Below are positions 60,351-64,000 of a stretch of 64,000 nt of DNA, in pieces. Origin of the DNA: Takakia lepidozioides (taxonomy: Eukaryota; Plantae; Bryophyta); the NCBI GenBank assembly GCA_030704615.1, contig CM060734.1, forward strand, positions 49,786,001 to 49,850,000, in the 5' to 3' direction. Position 1 is the first letter of the stretch. The number at the start of each line of letters is the position of its first letter. Below the pieces are notes generated by a model. That model saw only the letters and a program-made list of their open reading frames with translations, had not been told where the DNA came from and ran no database searches. The position numbers were made by a program, and so were the translations under genes.

Positions 60351-63300
60351 TTATGGGCTTGTATCCCGCTGTAGAAGTGTGTTGACTTCGTTGAAACTCA
60401 TAGTGGCTTGGTGAATGAAGAAGTCGCGTTTTGGATCACAAACCATCCTTCTCAAGAAGACGAAGTAAAGGTGTTTGCACGGTATGAACTTCCCTCTCTT
60501 TCCCAAACTACTTGAAAGCATACCAACAAAATCAGGACATGTACAATTGGGAAAATTAGAAACAGTGATTTCGTACATCCTGTCCTGCAGCGCAGATGCG
60601 GATGAGATCATGGTGAAGACCCGACCATACCCTGGATCAGGCACTTCCATTGTTCCCGCAACACGAGTGTGAAGCATTCTGGCGGACTCAATTTTGCCGT
60701 AGTGTTCTGCGGTTGGAGGGAATCGTCGAACCAGCTTCCCATTCCATCTGGTTGGCCACAAGTGAGCGTCAGGCGGAGGTACCCGTGAACCGCTTCCACT
60801 TGAAGCACCTTCACGTGCAATGGAATGTCTGGCTAGGGAGAAACCGCCTCTTCCAGCATTGCGATCTCTCGGTGAGTGAGACCTGTGCCCATCTTCACAG
60901 GCCACACGGTTGGTGGAGGAGGCTTCCTTACCACGGAAGGCCTCACTGTACCATGCACACATCTCCCACAATCGTCAGCGCAGAACCAGAACTTGTGGTT
61001 CTTTGCCTCGCCTTGTCCGTAAGGGAGAAACAAACCCGTGAATGTAGGAGCTGCAGTGCGTTCTTTCCCTCTGGAGATTAATGATGTACATTTTTCATGA
61101 TTGGTGGCCCTGATCGCCGCGCATTTCACACGAGATCCAGCACTTGTGCGTTCTATATACCAAACCTCGTCCAAGCCCATGGACTCGATTATATGCGGCA
61201 CCACGTTCTGGTCTTCAACCATTGCAGTGACAATGCTTGATGCAGGGGTCCGGTCTGGGGCAGAGTAGCCCTCACCTGTGGATGTTCCGCAATTCCATCT
61301 CTGATCCAAGGGAACACGTGGCGTCGAGAAGTTCACCCTGTCCACCCTATGGGAATCTGCATCCGATCCCGGAGGGGTGTCCAATTTCCGTTTGCAAGAC
61401 CCGAATCTCTCTTTGCCTTCCAGATGGGGAACTCTTCCCACGAGAGGGGTGCCATCTGCACATATGCTCACTGCCCGTGCTATTTTGCTGGGATCCCCTG
61501 ATCTTCCAGCTGCCCGCAACATCAACTCGCTCCTATCCGGACCTTTGCCACCAAGGCCACCCCTCAAGAATGACCTATATCTGGTTTGCTGTTGCAGAGC
61601 ACGAATGAGGTCATCGGCCGTCGCCGCATACAAATCTCTCCCTTTTTTGCCGGATTGCTGCAACCAGGCATTGTGCACTGTCTCCGCAAGATTGCAAGAA
61701 GGCATGTCCGCCATCTCCTCAATGGACATATGCTGCAAGGCAAAAAAACAGAAAGCCGATATTAGGATTGGACCCTGAAAGATATATCCGAAGCACCCAA
61801 ACAAAGGTGAATACAAACCACTCACCGTTGTCATGGCCGCTCCCCACTGTCGGTAACGGAAGTGCCAAAATGCGAACCAGTCTTGCAATGCCCTCATGCT
61901 GTCCTCCGATGCCGCTCCAGATGAGTACCACCAGGCACGAATTGTCTGGAACAATGTATTCGCTTCCCCCATAGTTTTGGCGTCTTTGTACTGGTTGCAC
62001 AGTTGGCGATGCATAGTCTGCATATCTGGCTTGATGTATGTCTTTGTGTGTTTGTCCAGGGATTGTGTCCAATGGAAAAGACATGTACGTTCTCTTCCCG
62101 ACATTGGTACTTTTGGGTCTCCCGTCCCGAACACAATGCGGACAGCGTTGAAGTTAGCTTGAGCACTATCGGCCATGAAACCAACAAAATTGGGAGATGG
62201 GAGACCATTGGAGGCCATAACTCGAATGAGAGCTTCCCACATGAGCTGTTGTGAATCTGTGTCCTCTGACTGCATGTCACACACTGCAATTGTCATGACC
62301 CGCTGGTACACAGGGTCGTAAACATGACATGCCATTGTGGTCCAGTCTTTAACCCTCTTGACATGATCGAACATAAGGAAGTAGTTGCCAAGATCGCCAC
62401 CCTTCTGCATACGTTTAACCAGGCTGACCCCGCTGCCCTCACCTTTTGTGGACATTTTGAACAAGAACATTTTCCTGGCTCCTTGTCCCGGGAAAACGTT
62501 GTCTTGGATGTAGTCATACATGCTCCTTTTCTTCAAATCCATAATATTGTCCATATAACCTCGGCTCCCAAAGCCCATTCTTAAAGCGTTCACCTAATTC
62601 CTAATGTTTGGAGAAGTCAAAGTTGAGAAATGGTCCATAACAGTGTCCAAAGCCGATCCCTCCAGTATTCCTCCAACCGAATTTGATGCACACAGAATAC
62701 GGCTTTCCAGAAAGGACTTGCTCGCCCCCATGGCAATTGCAGATGTGGTTCCAGTTGGATTGGTATCCCACTCTTGCCTTATTAGATGCGAGACTGTGTC
62801 AACGCTCTCCCTATAATCCCCCTTGGACACAGGGTGGTTGTGAAAACCGAAATGGACACAGGCTCTAGTCAGGGTTTTGAATCGATGCACCACATAATAC
62901 ATTCTGGCGCCACACAAAGCAAGGCAGCAAGGTGGTACCCTACAGAACTTGCACACAAAAGTGTTACTGTATGGTGGTGTCACCCCAGGCTTGAATGGAT
63001 TCTCACTGACACCATCCCATTCGCTTTGGTTTTGCACACCTGACAATGCGAAGTGTCTGCATTTCATGTTCTCGCATTCCAGGTGCCCATTATAGACTGT
63101 TCGCCTGAATATGAGGTTGTCGTTGTTGTGAAAATTGGAGGTTTTTGTGCGGCACCAAGGGTGCCCATCGTGCTTTTTGTCCATTCCTTCCAGGAGACTA
63201 GAAATGCCCCCCAAGCGACCAGGAGGAGGCAGCTCGAAAACAGTATTACCATCAAAAGATTCCGGCAAGAATGCCACCCTCTGAATATTGAAAGTGCTCC

Positions 63301-63526
63301 AGTCTATCCCCCTCAACTCACTCTTGAATCCTGCCATCCCACCCATGGCTTTCAGTTTAGGAATGACACTGGTGATCTCCTCCACATCTGCTTCTACATG
63401 TGGACATGGCTGATCCACGGGCGGTATTGCACATGTGTCATTGGAGGATGAGTCCGAAAGCTCAACTACAGTGTTAACGGTACTCGTCTCCTTCTTGACA
63501 ACCACGGGTGTTTTCTCCTGGGCCAC
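60351..63526 (-). pseudogene. Mutator-like (MULE) DDE transposase with an N-terminal GCM-like zinc domain and a C-terminal SWIM finger
   Basis: DGHPW..GHLECEN..C..CKFC..C..HNHP; FDHVKR (D), FMADSAQAN (D), CLFH, NLAE (E); CTCPDF..CKHLY. One in-frame TAG at 62594-62596, a 93-nt GT-AG intron at 61733-61825 and a frameshift near 60848. Confidence 0.82.
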
Positions 63527-63704
63527 TGATGCTGCCGTGCCAGGAGTTACGAAAGATCCTGCAGATTGTCTCAGAGGAGCACTGAGCTGTCAAGTTAAAT
63601 AAGCACAGTGTGAAAACAGTTAGAATAAAACTAGTTATTTGTATTTAACACTTGGATTTAGGTCAAGTGTTAAATCAGGTGTCAAGTTTAGTTTGACACC
63701 TGGT

Positions 63705-64000
63705 CTGTCTTATCTTCACGAGAGCGGCAGTCGCGCAGCTCATCTCTCTCGAGTTGAGCCTGCGCGACCGAGCTCCTGCATGTGTTTAGGTTTTAGTGTG
63801 CTTATGTAGGGATACAGGTTGTTGTGGGGTGGAGTCCCCATAGCTTGGGGTGCCCCTGGCTCGACTTCAGTTTCAATGAGTGATAGCGATGGATTTTATA
63901 TTTCTTGTGTTGGGAGTGTATGTCCTTTCAAGCTTCTTTATCACTCGAGAGAGATGAGCTGTTACCTGTGAGTGCAAGGTAGGAGTTGTGGGTTAGCACT
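63705..64000 (+). mobile_element. LTR/leader fragment related to 38040-38290 (DNMT-Gypsy family)
   Basis: Collinear matches to the reverse complement of 38075-38290: ttatcttcacg, ctcgagttgagcc, ccccat..ggctcgactt, ttatcactcgag. Confidence 0.75.

Noticed and set aside
1-64000. tRNA or rRNA genes
   Set aside because: None recognised; only tRNA-complementary PBS motifs are present.

Overview
Eukaryotic, transposon-saturated and pseudogene-rich plant DNA. It is most likely from a moss or other non-seed plant, inferred from the KP4-like genes, PLS-type PPR relics, tRNA-iMet-primed chromoviruses and spliceosomal introns. From left to right: the right end of a CACTA element; a decayed multigene block (amino-MTase-fold-like ORF, two small paralogous ORFs, a double FCP1/HAD gene, an unknown ORF) split by a full-length chromodomain Ty3/Gypsy element (9038-15793, TSD TGGAT); a large Dualen/RandI-like LINE with a 2A-like motif and an internal chromodomain; PPR pseudogene fragments; a Gypsy family with an apparent Tf1-type self-primer; a Ty3/Gypsy element encoding a C5-cytosine DNA methyltransferase in frame after its protease, with PHD-finger 3' ends of a related family elsewhere; two tandem KP4 killer-toxin-like pseudogenes plus an orphan third upstream region; a second, deleted chromovirus copy; two hAT MITEs with 8-bp TSDs; and a GCM-like/MULE-DDE/SWIM transposase gene. 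The most striking feature is the DNMT-carrying (writer), probably PHD-bearing (reader) LTR retrotransposon. All calls come from motif reading by eye; no searches were run.
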